Source: Vicugna vicugna
Taxonomy: Eukaryota
Direction of reading: 5' to 3'
Assembly: GCA_013265495.1 (NCBI GenBank)
Contig: MU060887.1
Coordinates: 6,510,001-6,574,000, forward strand
Length of the DNA stretch: 64,000 nucleotides
In this document: one piece after another, positions 1-12,100 of the stretch
How the letters are laid out: every line of letters starts with the position of its first letter
Position numbering within the stretch: the stretch's first letter is position 1
Translations under genes and position numbers: made by a program
The notes under the pieces: generated by a model
The model's database searches: none
What the model was told of the DNA's origin: nothing
Seen by the model: only the letters and a program-made list of their open reading frames with translations

Positions 1-61
1 GCGGGGTGGCGTGGGGCGCGGCGGCTTTGTCAGGGAGACTGATGGCCCTCTGCCCCCGCAG

Positions 62-191
62 ATGTCGCACACCAAGCCGTACATCCGGAAGAAGGCGGTG
101 CTGATCATGTACAAGGTGTTCCTGAAGTACCCCGAGTCGCTCCGCCCTGCCTTTCCGCGCCTGAAGGAGAAGCTGGAGGACCCCGATCCTG
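62..191 (+). CDS. AP3D1: AP3D1 coding exon (130 nt)
   Basis: cag|ATGTCG...CCTG|gtttgt; MSHTKPYIRKK...EDPDP. Confidence 0.95.
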
Positions 192-3100
192 GTTTGTTGA
201 TTTGAGTCATCAAGGGGCAGACGCAGGGCCGAGGGGCTCTGCCGCATCTGTGAGGGCCTGGTGGAGGGTGTTGAAGGGAGGAGTTGAGGGGCACAAGGTC
301 CCGGGACCCTGTCCTGGAACCTCCCCAGTAGGGCACCTCCTTACCGTCTGCCACCACGAGATGCTGGATTCACCTTCTTTCCAGGAGCCCCAGGACCCGC
401 GGCTTCTCCAGGCAGCCCTGGTTCTGTTAGCTGGTGCAGGACTTAGAAACCAAGACCCGGGTACAGGGTGTGCCAGCTCCTGCCAGGGCGCCGTAGCCTC
501 TAGGCCCTCAGCGGACAGTACACTCACACTGTGGGGCTCTCCCGTGGGCAGGGGCGAACAGAGCCGTTCTGCGGGTGGGTGTGCCGCGCGCCCAGAGTCA
601 CTTTGATCCTGCTGGGGACACACCCCGAGCGGGTGGGTTTGAGCCCTGCCCGCAGGCCATGGCACACCCTGGCCCAGGCAGGGCCCCCACACACGCGCTA
701 GCAGCCTGCTGAGGGGGCCCCCCCTCACTGATGGAGGCCCCTTACTTCTCAGGGGTCCAGTCAGCGGCTGTCAACGTCATCTGCGAGCTGGCCAGACGCA
801 ACCCCAAGAACTACCTTTCCCTTGCCCCTCTCTTCTTCAAGCTCATGACCTCCTCCACCAACAACTGGGTCCTCATTAAGATCATCAAGCTGGCAAGTGA
901 CCTGCTCGTGCCCCCCGCCTCCCGGAGGGCTCCAGGGCTGTTGTGAGCGCGCGTGGCACACGGGGCCGGGCTCCAGTGACCCTGGCGTCTCTTGTCCCCT
1001 AGTTTGGTGCTCTCACCCCCTTGGAGCCAAGGTTGGGCAAGAAGTTGATTGAGCCTCTCACCAACCTGATCCACAGGTAGGCCCTTGGTTCCCAGGGGCC
1101 CTGTGGCCTCAAGGGTGGGGACGGGGGCTGCCGCCGCAGAGGGACCATGTGTCTGGGTGGACTCTCTCCTTCATTCTGCAAACAGCAGAGTTACAACAAG
1201 GTGGAGAAAGCTGCCCCATGCAGCCCCTGGTTCCCTGGTAGACCCAAGGGGTCTAATTGAAGAGCTGTAAGTGTCTCACTGCCCCCCCAGTTCTGGAGTG
1301 TTCTAGGAGTGTCCATGCTGCTTTGGGTGCCTATGGTTGAATCTTGGGGGAAGCATTGGGTGCTAGGGAATCCTGGACTGGGGTCCTCTGGGCATTGGGG
1401 GTCCTGGGGGCCTTGAGGCCGCGTTGGATTAACGTTAGAGCTGTGGCTGCTATGGGTGAGGCCCAGGCCATGGGCTGGGCCCTGCCATCCCCTGGGGTTC
1501 AGTGTCCAGGCTCACAAGTGGGTCCCACATTAAAAATAATTATATACATCAGGTGTTTGGGTTCAGGATGTTGTTGGTTTTAAACAAAGAACCAGTCACC
1601 AGGCTTAGGACGTAGGTGTGGTTTTCAGAGCGTCAACAAGAAGCTGTCGGCCCCGTGGTGGTTCCCGTGGATGGGCTCTGGTGGCCCCTGCTCCTTGGGA
1701 CTCACTGTGTCCGCACCCTCGGGTTTGGGTGATGTGGGCCCGGGAGTGTCACCAGAGAACGTTGGATTGGAGTAGATGGCCTGGTGCCCGCCCTTGGTCT
1801 TCCTGGGCTGTGTCACTGCTGCCCCTTGATGACCCCGGGGGCTGGTGTGGGTCACGACCACCGTGTTCAGCTTGCCTGCATGCAGCCATGGCCGACTGCC
1901 CCTTCCGGGGAGCCAGGCGGGGTGGTCTGGGTGGTAGAGGCATGTGGGGAACTTGGGTTTTCTTCACAGCTGTCAGAGAATTGGGAGGTTAGGGCGTGGG
2001 CTGCAGTGGCAGGGCATTCAGGCAGACTTTGGGGGTGAGGAGGGGTGCTTCTGTTCCTCGGGGGATTCTTACGGCCGTGCTGACCAGGCCAGGCCTAGGG
2101 GCATCACCTGCGTGGCCCTCCCATGGGAGGCTTCACGGCTCAGTTGCCCTGACGACTGCGTTTTCCTCGAGGCGGTGCCCCCGGGGGTCTTGGTGAGGTA
2201 GGAGGCAGGTGGCCTTGTCTTCCCTTTCCTCTGTTTCCTCCTCTAGCACGTCTGCCATGTCCCTCCTGTATGAGTGCGTGAACACAGTCATCGCAGGTGA
2301 GTGCCCAGGGTTTCCTGACTCTGCAACAGGCGGCTGTCTCCAGCAGGGGGTGCTGGTCCCCGTGTGGGGCCAGCACCCCCTAGTCAGGTGCCACCTCCTC
2401 CTTCCCACCACAAGCGCCAGGCGTTGACTCCCTCCAGGGAGACGTGCGGTGGCCCAGCCTGTCCGCAGTCCCTTTGGAAGCCCCCAGCTGGCCCTGGCTC
2501 CAGCGTTTGCCCTGTGCCTTGGCGTCTGCCACACCCACCAGCAAGACCCATCTTCTTGAGCATTTCAAAGCAGATCTCAGGCATTGTGCCACTTCCCCTG
2601 TGAAGTCTAAAGTGTAGACCTACAGCAGAGAGCCTTTGCGAGCCGCAGTCAGCACGTGCTCCCTAGAAGGTTTCCATAGAGGCTGTTAGTTGGAGTTGGC
2701 CCGCCTGGGTTGCATGTCCCTGCAGCCCGGGTTCTTGTAGACGCAGGGAGTTACTGGCAGCCTGAGGGGTTCGGCTTCTTGCTGCCTGCCTGTCCCTGCC
2801 CAGGACTGTTGGGATGCTCCTTGCAGGGCCGCAGGCAGTGTCAGGTTCAGCAGTGCAGACGACACTGGCCGGGGGTCCATGCTCGTGACTGCTGTGCGGG
2901 CCACGAGCATCCCTGAGGGTCAGCGACAGGAGCAGGGAGGGGAAGGGCAAGCATGGGACTTGGGGGCAGCCCCTGTGTCCAGAAAGGTCCGTGGGGCAGA
3001 CTGGGGCATGGCAGAGTGACTCATGGCCCTGGCGATGGGTGGAGCGAGTGGGCATGCGGAGAGGAGGTGGGGCTGGTCCTCCTTGGGTCCAGTGGGCCTC

Positions 3101-6100
3101 AGTGGGCTGTGGCCCACGGACCTACCCTGGACCAGGACCCCTGGTGCCTGGGGACTCTGCTCTGCTCTCTTGGCCCCAGAGACCCAGCCTGGTTTCTCAC
3201 TGGGGTCGGTCATGCAGGCACCTCTGCCTGGCAGGGCTGAGACCCCAGTCTCCAAGAGGAGAGGAGGTTCCCATTTGGACCCCATGTCTGCACAGGCAGT
3301 GTAGGGATGGGAGCCCCAGGTCTGGTTCCGGACACCCACCTCCCCAGGCTAGCAGTCAGGCCTGCTGTATTAACCCGTTGCTCATAATCAGTTGCTACCA
3401 GTGCGTTTCCGGCTCGGGTCCCTCCCCCGGGCCCAGAGGCGACGCCCCTGGTGGACATGGGTGCAGGCTGTGCGCGCCGCGCTCCTCACTGACTGCTCTG
3501 TTCCAGTGCTCATCTCCCTGTCCTCCGGCATGCCCAACCACAGCGCCAGCATCCAGGTACGACCGTGGGCCCTGCTCCCCTCTGCCTGAGTCTGACGGAT
3601 ATTGGCCCACCCTTAGCCCTGGGAGGGCGTAACCATGGCCCCGCAGCACATGTCTGAAGGGTGGACATGCGCCCACCTCAGCCCTGGCGCGTTTCTGTGG
3701 GCACTACCTGCGTCGATGTCGGGCGGCCTGCTCTCTGTCCTCAGCATGGACGGGCATCCCTTCTCTGTGTAGTGGGTGCTCCACCAGCCTCTCCCCTGCC
3801 CAGGCACCTGGGGCTGCCCCCTCTTCGGCCTCAGTGCTCCTTGCCTCCCTCTCGACCAACCACCAGGCCCTCGGGACTCGGGGGATGGGTGTGAGGCAGG
3901 CCCAAGCTGGCTGGCCCCACCGCTGGTTGAAGGGCGTGACCGGTGTTCTCCCCACTCTGCAGCTCTGTGTGCAGAAGCTAAGGATACTGATAGAAGACTC
4001 CGACCAGAACCGTGAGTGCTTCTCCCTCTGAGCCCTGCAGGGCCTGCAGCCTCAGCTCCCACGAGTCAGGCTCTTCCCTGCCCGGGTGGAAGGCGGGCAC
4101 CAGGCTTACCAACAGCTTCCTCTGTGAAAACTGCCCTTGGTCTGCGTGGTGGGCTCCTTCCCGCTAGCGTCTTAGCCTGTGCTTGGCCCTGTCCAGCTGG
4201 CAAGGTCTTCAGGCACTGGGCCACGCGCCCATTGCCACGGGGAGGTGGGAACCCAGCCGAGGTCCTTGGAAGGCCCCAGCTCGCTCTTTGAGCCCCAGCT
4301 GCAGGGAGGAGCCGGGGGAGGGGCTGATGTGAAGGGAGTGCTCAGGCCGGGAGGGGCACAGCAGGCAGTGGGGGCGTTCCCACGGGGCTGCTCTGGGCTC
4401 CCTGGGGTTATCAGACAGGGCGGTGCATGGTGCTGCTGGTGCCGCTTTTCAGTAACTTAACAAGCTCTGTGGGTTGCGGTGTCTGCCACTGTAGTGCAGA
4501 AGCCACCTGGCACGCACAGGGTCGGTGACAGGTGTGTCGCGCCCACAGACCTCCTTACAGAAGGCGGGCTGTGGCTGGACTGGGCCTGCAGCACACTAGC
4601 TACTGCTGGTTTAGATGATTGTGCTTTGGGGCTGATCGAGGTGGGCAGTGGCATTTGGTGCCCAAGAGACACGTGTCAGCGGTGCCCAGGTGGTCAGGTC
4701 CACGCAGCAGGCTGGGGCTGCAGGCCTCGCTCTCTCCTGGTCACATCCAGGTTTAATGGTGGCCCCCTGTCCCTGCAGTAAAGTACCTGGGGCTACTGGC
4801 CATGTCCAAGATCCTGAGGACGCATCCCAAGTCTGTACAGGCCCACAAGGACCTCGTCCTGCAGTGCCTGGACGACAAGGACGAGTCCATCCGGCTGCGG
4901 GCCCTGGACCTCCTGTACGGAATGGTGCGTGCCCTCTCCCCAGGCGCAGTGGCCCCCGCGTGCCCAGCCAGCCCCTCCCTCACCAGCTCCCGCCCCCAGG
5001 TGTCCAAGAAGAACTTGATGGAGATCGTCAAGAAGCTGATGATGCACGTGGACAAGGCCGAGGGCACGACCTACCGCGATGAGCTGCTCACGAAGATCAT
5101 CGACATCTGCAGCCAGTCCAACTACCAGCACATCACGAACTTCGAGTGGTGCGGCCCAGCCTGGTGGGGGCGGGGGGCCCGGGGGGGATGGTGTGGCCCA
5201 GCCTGGCAAGGGCGAGGGGGGCGGGTGCCCTGCTGCGTCCTCATCTTCTCCGTCCCGCAGGTACATTAGCATCCTGGTGGAGCTGACTCGGCTGGAAGGC
5301 ACCCGCCACGGCCACCTCATCGCCGCACAGATGCTGGACGTGGCCATCCGCGTGAAGGCCATCCGCAGGTTCGCCGTGTCACAGATGTCCGCGCTGCTCG
5401 ACAGTGCACACCTGGTGGCCAGCAGCACCCAGCGCAACGGCATCTGCGAGGTGCTCTACGCGGCCGCCTGGATCTGCGGCGAGTTCTCCGAGTGAGTGGG
5501 CACCAGCGGGCCTCCTGCTCCGGTGGGGGGGGTGTACCCACAGACCTGGCCCTGGGGCCTCGCGCTCCAACAGCTGCCATGCCAACCGGCCGTGCCTCCC
5601 CCCTCACCTGCTTTTTGGAACAAAACTGCTCTCACCACGAACGCTTCCCATCACGAGGACCACTGAGAAGTCTGTGTGACCTGGACCCACCTCTGTCCCC
5701 CAGACGGTTGGGTCTGTTCCCAGCTGACCTGTCATCCTTGCACGTTGCTGCCACGGGTTGTTCCTTCCCAAACTCATGCTGTTAATTTGGTTTTCTTCTC
5801 TTTTTTTCTCAACTTTTCCTGTCCAGCTGTTCCTGACCTTTGTGTTTTTCCCTCAAATCCCTTCCCTCAGCCCCTGGCGCAGAGGGGAGGTCTGGGGGAG
5901 AGGGACGCAGTGACCGCTGCAGACCCTGGAACAGCTGCTCACCCCCCCCCCTGTTCTCAGGCACCTGCAGGAGCCCCAGCGGACCCTGGAGGCCATGTTG
6001 CGACCCAGAGTCACCACCCTGCCGGGCCACATCCAGGCTGTGTATGTGCAGAATGTGGTCAAGCTGTATGCGGCCATCCTGCAGCAGAAGGAGCAGGCCG

Positions 6101-9100
6101 GGGACTCGCAGGCGGCCCAGGAGGCCACCCAGCTCCTGGTGGAGCGGTTGCCCCAGTTCGTGCAGAGTGCTGACTTGGAGGTCCAGGAGCGGGTGAGTAC
6201 GGGCCCATCAGCATGTCTGGGGGAGCCGGTCAGCCCCCGGAGCGCTGGCTTTTCTCTTCCCAGGAAGCAGCTCAGCAAATGGTTTTTTGTGAGTGTGCCC
6301 CCGCCCGCGAGCGTGGGCAGATTCAGAGTCAGTGTCCCAGGGAGGCCCTGGGTGGTCGTCTGCGGGTGGAATCTAGCGAGTGGGCGGAGAGGCAGGAGAC
6401 AGTGAGCAGATGGGAGACCCTATCAGGGTTCGTGATTGGCCTGACTCCGGGATCCATTGCCCAGAGCAGGAAGTGTCAGAGGTGACAGGTGTCCGGAGGG
6501 CACTGGACGGGTGGTGGCGAAAGACTGATTGTGGGGAACTTGAGGTGTTAGCATTGGCATTGGTGGCTTGGCATCTTGCTCTTTGTGCCCTCTGTGATGG
6601 GGGCGTCCTCAGCCACCCAGACCCCCACCCCTCGCCAGCACTCAGTGGCCTGGGCACCCCTGCTGTCTCAGGCAAGTGCTAACTTGAGCCTGTCTGCAGG
6701 CTGGGGGCCGCGCTCTGGCGGGGCCCAGGCGCCTCCCGGAAATAGGCACTGCTGGTCCTTGGGGCAGTCGTCATGTGGGGCGGCGCTCCCTCTGCCCCTG
6801 ACCTCTTGTCTTCCACGTGAGCCTGTTTTTATCTCTTCCTCGTAAAGGAGACTGCAGCTGGGCTGGTTTCTTCCTGGCCGGGGCCCGCCACAGCCAGCGG
6901 CTCCTTACGGAACCTCCTGGTGCCACTCTGTCACGGAGCAGTGGGGTGTCCGCACAGTCTGAGCAATGCCCCCAGTGGCTGAGTGGCCTTCAGGGCTGGT
7001 GCTCTGATTCCCCCTTGACTGCCTCGTGGCCCCGCAGGCATCCTGCATCTTACAGCTGGTCAAGCACGTCCAGAAGCTTCAGGCCAAGGACATGCCGGTG
7101 GCAGAAGAAGTGAGCGCCCTGTTTGCTGGGGAGCTGAACCCTGTGGCTCCCAAGGCACAGAAGAAGGTTCCAGTCCCCGAAGGGTGAGCCATGTGACCCA
7201 TCAGAGGACACAGCCAGGGGGACGAGAGGGCCAGTGGGATCAGAAGGACATCCGTGGGAGAAGCAAGAGGGTTGGAGGGAGGCCCCCTGAGGCCTGAGCC
7301 CCTGGCAACGGGACAGGCCACCTCGCGTGGGCTGTACAAGGGGGCACTTGCTGGTTCTGACGCCACCCCAGGAAAACAGGTCTTCGCTGCAGACCTTGAG
7401 GGCAGCATGAGAACGTGGAGAGGCCCAGACCCCACGGTCCATGGTCTGCCTTGCCCGCTATGACTTCAAGCAGCTGCCCAGTCTTCATGTCCTTGTCTCC
7501 AAGGGGACGGCAGCATCCAGGTCCAGGCGCACAGGCCGGAGCCGCCGTGTGACCTCACTGTGTCCTGCAGCCTTGACCTGGATGCCTGGATCAACGAACC
7601 ACTTTCAGACAGCGAGTCTGAGGACGAGGTGCCCAAGGCCATCTTCCACGATGAGGAGCAGCGACCGGCCAAGCAGCGGCCGCCCGAGGCAGACGAACAG
7701 GAGCTGGCCCGGGTGAGCACTGGTGGGGAGCCTGGGCTCAGTGTCCTGCTATCCTCCGGCCAGTGCCGAGTTGACCTTCAACCTCAGGTTGGGTTTGGTT
7801 GAAACGAGTACTGGCATTTGAGCCAGGAGCTTCCCAGGGAGGGCTGTGGGGCCTGACCGCGCGCTGAGGGCCTGTGATGCCTGCGACACACAGCACCTGC
7901 CTGCCCCTCCTCCCCACCCTCGTTCTGCAGAGGACAGAAGCAGAGATGCTGCAACCCCACCCCCGTCCCCGCAGGGCCTGTCTGCCCAGCCACGCCCGTC
8001 CTTTGTCCCAGAACCCCCGTCTCAGACCTCCTGGGTTCTCGTGCCTGTCTCCACACCTGCACCTGCCCTGCGCCGGCCTTCTGTGGGTCCAAGGGCGACG
8101 GTGAAAACAGTGAGGGACCCCCGCCCCACCTGAGCTTGGTGCGTGGAGGGCCCGTGTTCTGTGTGTCTGCTTATGTGCTCGCTGAACCCCATCCCACAGC
8201 GCAGGGAGGCCCGGAAGCAGGAGCAGGCCAACAACCCATTCTACATCAAGAGCTCCCCGTCCCCCCAGAAGGTGAGCCCGGCCGCCCGGCCTCGAGGGGT
8301 GCTCCCCCAGGGTTGCGTCTGCGCTCTGTCCACAGGTAGCACTGGGCTGTCTGGTCAGTTCCACAGGTAGTATCAAGAGGGGCTTCCCGACACCCAGACC
8401 CAGGGCACGAGTCCTGCACTCACCCGTGGGTGGGCTTCCCTGAGGGTGGGGGAGCTGCAGCGGTGGCAACCTGGCCTGGAGGGAGTGGACACATGGGGAC
8501 GCCACCACCTTCTTCCGCACCCCCCCCCCACCAACGGGAGCCCAGCGGACCCCATAGCCACACTGGGCTCCTGGGGAGATGTGGTTCCATGTGGCAGGTG
8601 CTGCTCTCTGAAGTCCAGGCCTGCGTGTTGGCTTTTCTGAGCTGGGCAGTCTTGGGGGCTGGAGCGCCGTCACCGGGCACTACTTTTCCTACTTGGGAAA
8701 AAGATGATCCATATGGTATCCATTTGAAGTCTCGCATCTGCCCTGTGCTGGTTTGGGCTGACAGCCCCCGCCCCGCCGTTGTGACTCCTTGGCCCGGGGC
8801 GTCGGCACTTCCCACCGTGCCGGCCACCCTGCTTATGATGGGCACCTTGGTGTTTCCTCTCCAGCGGTACCAGGACACGCCAGGTGTGGACCACATTCCC
8901 GTGGTGCAGATTGACCTCTCGGTGCCCCTGAAGGTGCCAGGCAAGTGTGCACCAGCCCAGGGCAAGGGGGCAGGGCCCCAGGCACAGTGCAGATGCAGCC
9001 TCAGGCCTGTGCTCCAGCTCTTCCCTGAACCTCGTCCCACCTCCCCATCTGAGCAGGGAGGGATGCACACCCGGCTTCCCCAGGTTCTACCCACACTGTC

Positions 9101-12100
9101 CCCACTGCCTTCAGAAAGCCTCTGCCCACATCCAGGGGCCTGGAGCACGGTGCCCACATGTCCCTTCGGCCCAAGCGTGGCTTCCAGGGCTGTGGGGTGC
9201 TGGCGGGCAGAACGTGTCGCGGCTCTGCGCTGAGCCTGGGGTGTGCGCCTGGTGGCAGGGATGCCCATGTCAGACCAGTACGTGAAGCTGGAGGAGGAGC
9301 GGCGGCACCAGCAGAGGCTAGAGAAGGACAGGAAGAGGAAGAAAAAGAGAGAGCGGGAGAGGCGGGGCACCCGGCACCACAGCTCGCTGCACACGGAGAG
9401 CGACGAGGACATCGCGCCAGCCCAGCGCGTGGACATCGTCACTGAGGAGATGCCGGAGGTCAGCCGCCGCCTGTGCGCTTGCCAGGGCTCCCTCCACCGA
9501 GGAAGGGGGCCACCCCCACGAGGACTGGCTTTCTGGCTCTGTGGCCATCCTCACAGAGGCCTGCCGGTCCCTGCTGCCTATGTGTCCGGGGCCAGCTCTG
9601 TCCTGTGGCTGTAAGCGGTATCCCCCGACTCCCACTCCGTCCTGTGTCCTGACCTCGCTCCCTGTGCCGAGCGCCCAGCCCCAGGTCAGATGCCCTCCTG
9701 GGTGTGATCTGGTGGTCCGTTTGTGAGGAGTGGGGGCTCTGCGGGCCCATAAGGCTGGGCAGGATCGCAGGCAGTGTGGGTCGGACTGGATGCAGGGTTT
9801 CTCTCGTCCCGCAGAACGCCCTGCCCAGCGATGAGGACGACAAAGACCCCAATGATCCCTACAGGGCCCTGGACATCGACTTAGATAAGTAAGCACAGGG
9901 CTGAGTCGGAGCCTGCATTCTGTCCTGTTCACTGCGCAGCGTGGCCTGTGGCGGGGCAGAGGGGCTCCCTCCAGGCCCCGTCCCAGGATGCTCCTCCTGA
10001 CCCCCCCCCGCCCCCCGCCAGGCCCCTCGCTGACAGCGAGAAGCTGCCCGTCCAGAAACACAGAAACGCCGAGACCTCCAAGTCCCCTGAGAAAGAGGAT
10101 GTCCCCATCGTGGAAAAGAAGAGCAAGAAACCCAAAAAGAAGGAGAAGAAGCACAGGGAGAAAGAGCGGGGGAAGGGGAAGAAGGAGGAGGCAGGGAAGG
10201 TGAGCGGGCAGCGGGCGGGCTGTCCACAGCTCCCGGGCACTGCCGGCCAGGGCTGCTGGGGCCGCCTCCTGCGTCGCGGCCTGTTACACACGTGAGAGGG
10301 AAGGGCCTTAACAGAAGCGCCACGCTTCGGTCGTGTCCCTTCGCCGCGTAGCAGCGTGCGTCCACCTGGTCCCTGGTACCAGTAGGGCTGCTGCTTCCCC
10401 CCCGGCGCTGGAGGCGCCGCCGGCTGCCTGCACACTTGGCAGAGCTGCAGTGTCTGCTCCTGGCAGGGCCTGTCCTGCTGCTCTGGCCAAAAGCCCCGAT
10501 TCCTATGGTTTCAGGGTGAGGATCTAGACTTCTGGCTGTCCACCACGCCGCCTGCTGCTGCCCCGGCCTCGGTAAGAGCCTGCAGCAGCCTGCGCTGACC
10601 CCAGTGCTCCTTGGCTGGGCATGTTTCCCAGCTGTGAAGGGCTGCTTCTCGAAGGCATCAGGGCCGCCCCCTCTGTGCCCCACTGGCCCTGCACCTTCCC
10701 CTCCATCGCCTACAGCCCTTCCAGTCTCCTGAGCCCCCGCACTAGAAGGATATGGGGGGACCCTGGCAAGACGAGCCAGGTTTGGGCCAGCTTGGTGCTG
10801 TGCCCTAGGTATCACCCAGGCACTGGCTGCATGGCCGGCCCTCGGCACAGCCTGGGCCCCCAGAGCCGGGCAGCAACCCTGAGCAGCCGCTTCGTGTTAG
10901 TGGCCAGAGTCTGGTGGCTCTGGGTTCTGGTGCCAGGACCGCAGTCAGTGCCCGCCGGTCTCAGGCCAGGCTCCTTTCCCCTCTACTGGCCAGTCTCACC
11001 TGCTGGGAGTCGTGCCCACGGGCTACAGCACGCTTGTTGTAGCAAGGGAGGCTTGTCCCCGAGGGGTGTCCCTGGAACGAGGGCAGGTCTCCTCGTCTGG
11101 GCTCCAGCTGCCCTTCCAGCCCCTGACCTGGCTCCCTGCAGGAAGAGCCCGGGGTGAAGGCCTCGGTCACTGCCCCTGAGGAGGAGCACGAGGAGCCCCA
11201 GGGAGAGGAGCAAGCTGCCGACGAGGGGGAACAGGACCCAGAGAAGGTGGGGGCGCCATGCGCGGAGAGCCAGGCTTGGGGGAGGTGCCTGCCCGCTGCC
11301 CGCATTCCACTGTCGGGTGCGCTGGGCACTTCTGACGGGGGGTCTCCCGTGGCTGTGCTCGTGGTGCTCTGGTTTCTGCGGCTTTGTGACTCTTACGCTG
11401 TGACGTTCACCTCTTCAAAGTAAGCCATTCGCTGATGTGTGTGTGGTGCATTCACAGAGTGGGGTCACCATCATCTCGAGTTCCAGAACATTCCATGCCC
11501 CAAAAGGAAACCCCATCCCATCAGCAACCACCCCCATCCCCCCCCAGCCCCTGACAGCCAGGAGCCCCCTCTCTGTGTCTGGGGACTGGCCTGTTCTGGA
11601 CGCCCCACATCCACGGATCACACACTGTGTGTCCTTCTGTGTCTGCTTCTCCCCCTGAGCACCGTGCTCTCAGGGCCCGTCCCCGTGGTGGCGGGTGTCA
11701 GGGCTGCTCTCCTGTTCACGGCTGAGTGATGCTCGCGCGTGTGGAGGGACACGTGTTTGCGGGCGTTGCACTGCTGCCACACTTTGGCCTCCGTGAGTCA
11801 TGCTTAGCGTGTGAGTTATGTGCACGTGTGTGCTTGGTCGGCCTGAGTGGACGCTGAGGTTTGTGGTTGCTGGGCCGTCAGGTCTCAGTTCTCCTGGTTT
11901 CCTTTGTGTGCTTTGGCCCCAGTCGGCAGGGACCGTCTGGCGGAGCAGTGAGCTCCCGGGGACTGCTGGCCCGCCCACCCTGGCAGGTGTGCCCCGTACC
12001 TGGGCGCATTCGGTCCCATGTCTCGAGGTGGGGGTGTGGCCGTGCACCGCTCGTCGGGAGGCGTGGTGTTGACTTGAGCCTCTTCCTATTTTAGAAACCT

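Noticed and set aside
7738-8673. 311-aa minus-strand ORF
   Set aside because: Intronic antisense, starts at a non-ATG codon, no recognisable motif.
8420-9442. 340-aa minus-strand ORF
   Set aside because: Antisense shadow of AP3D1 exons and GC-rich introns; no independent domain or splice logic.
9859-10848. 329-aa minus-strand ORF
   Set aside because: Antisense to the AP3D1 Lys/Glu-rich exon; low-complexity Ser/Pro/Arg product typical of stop-poor GC DNA.
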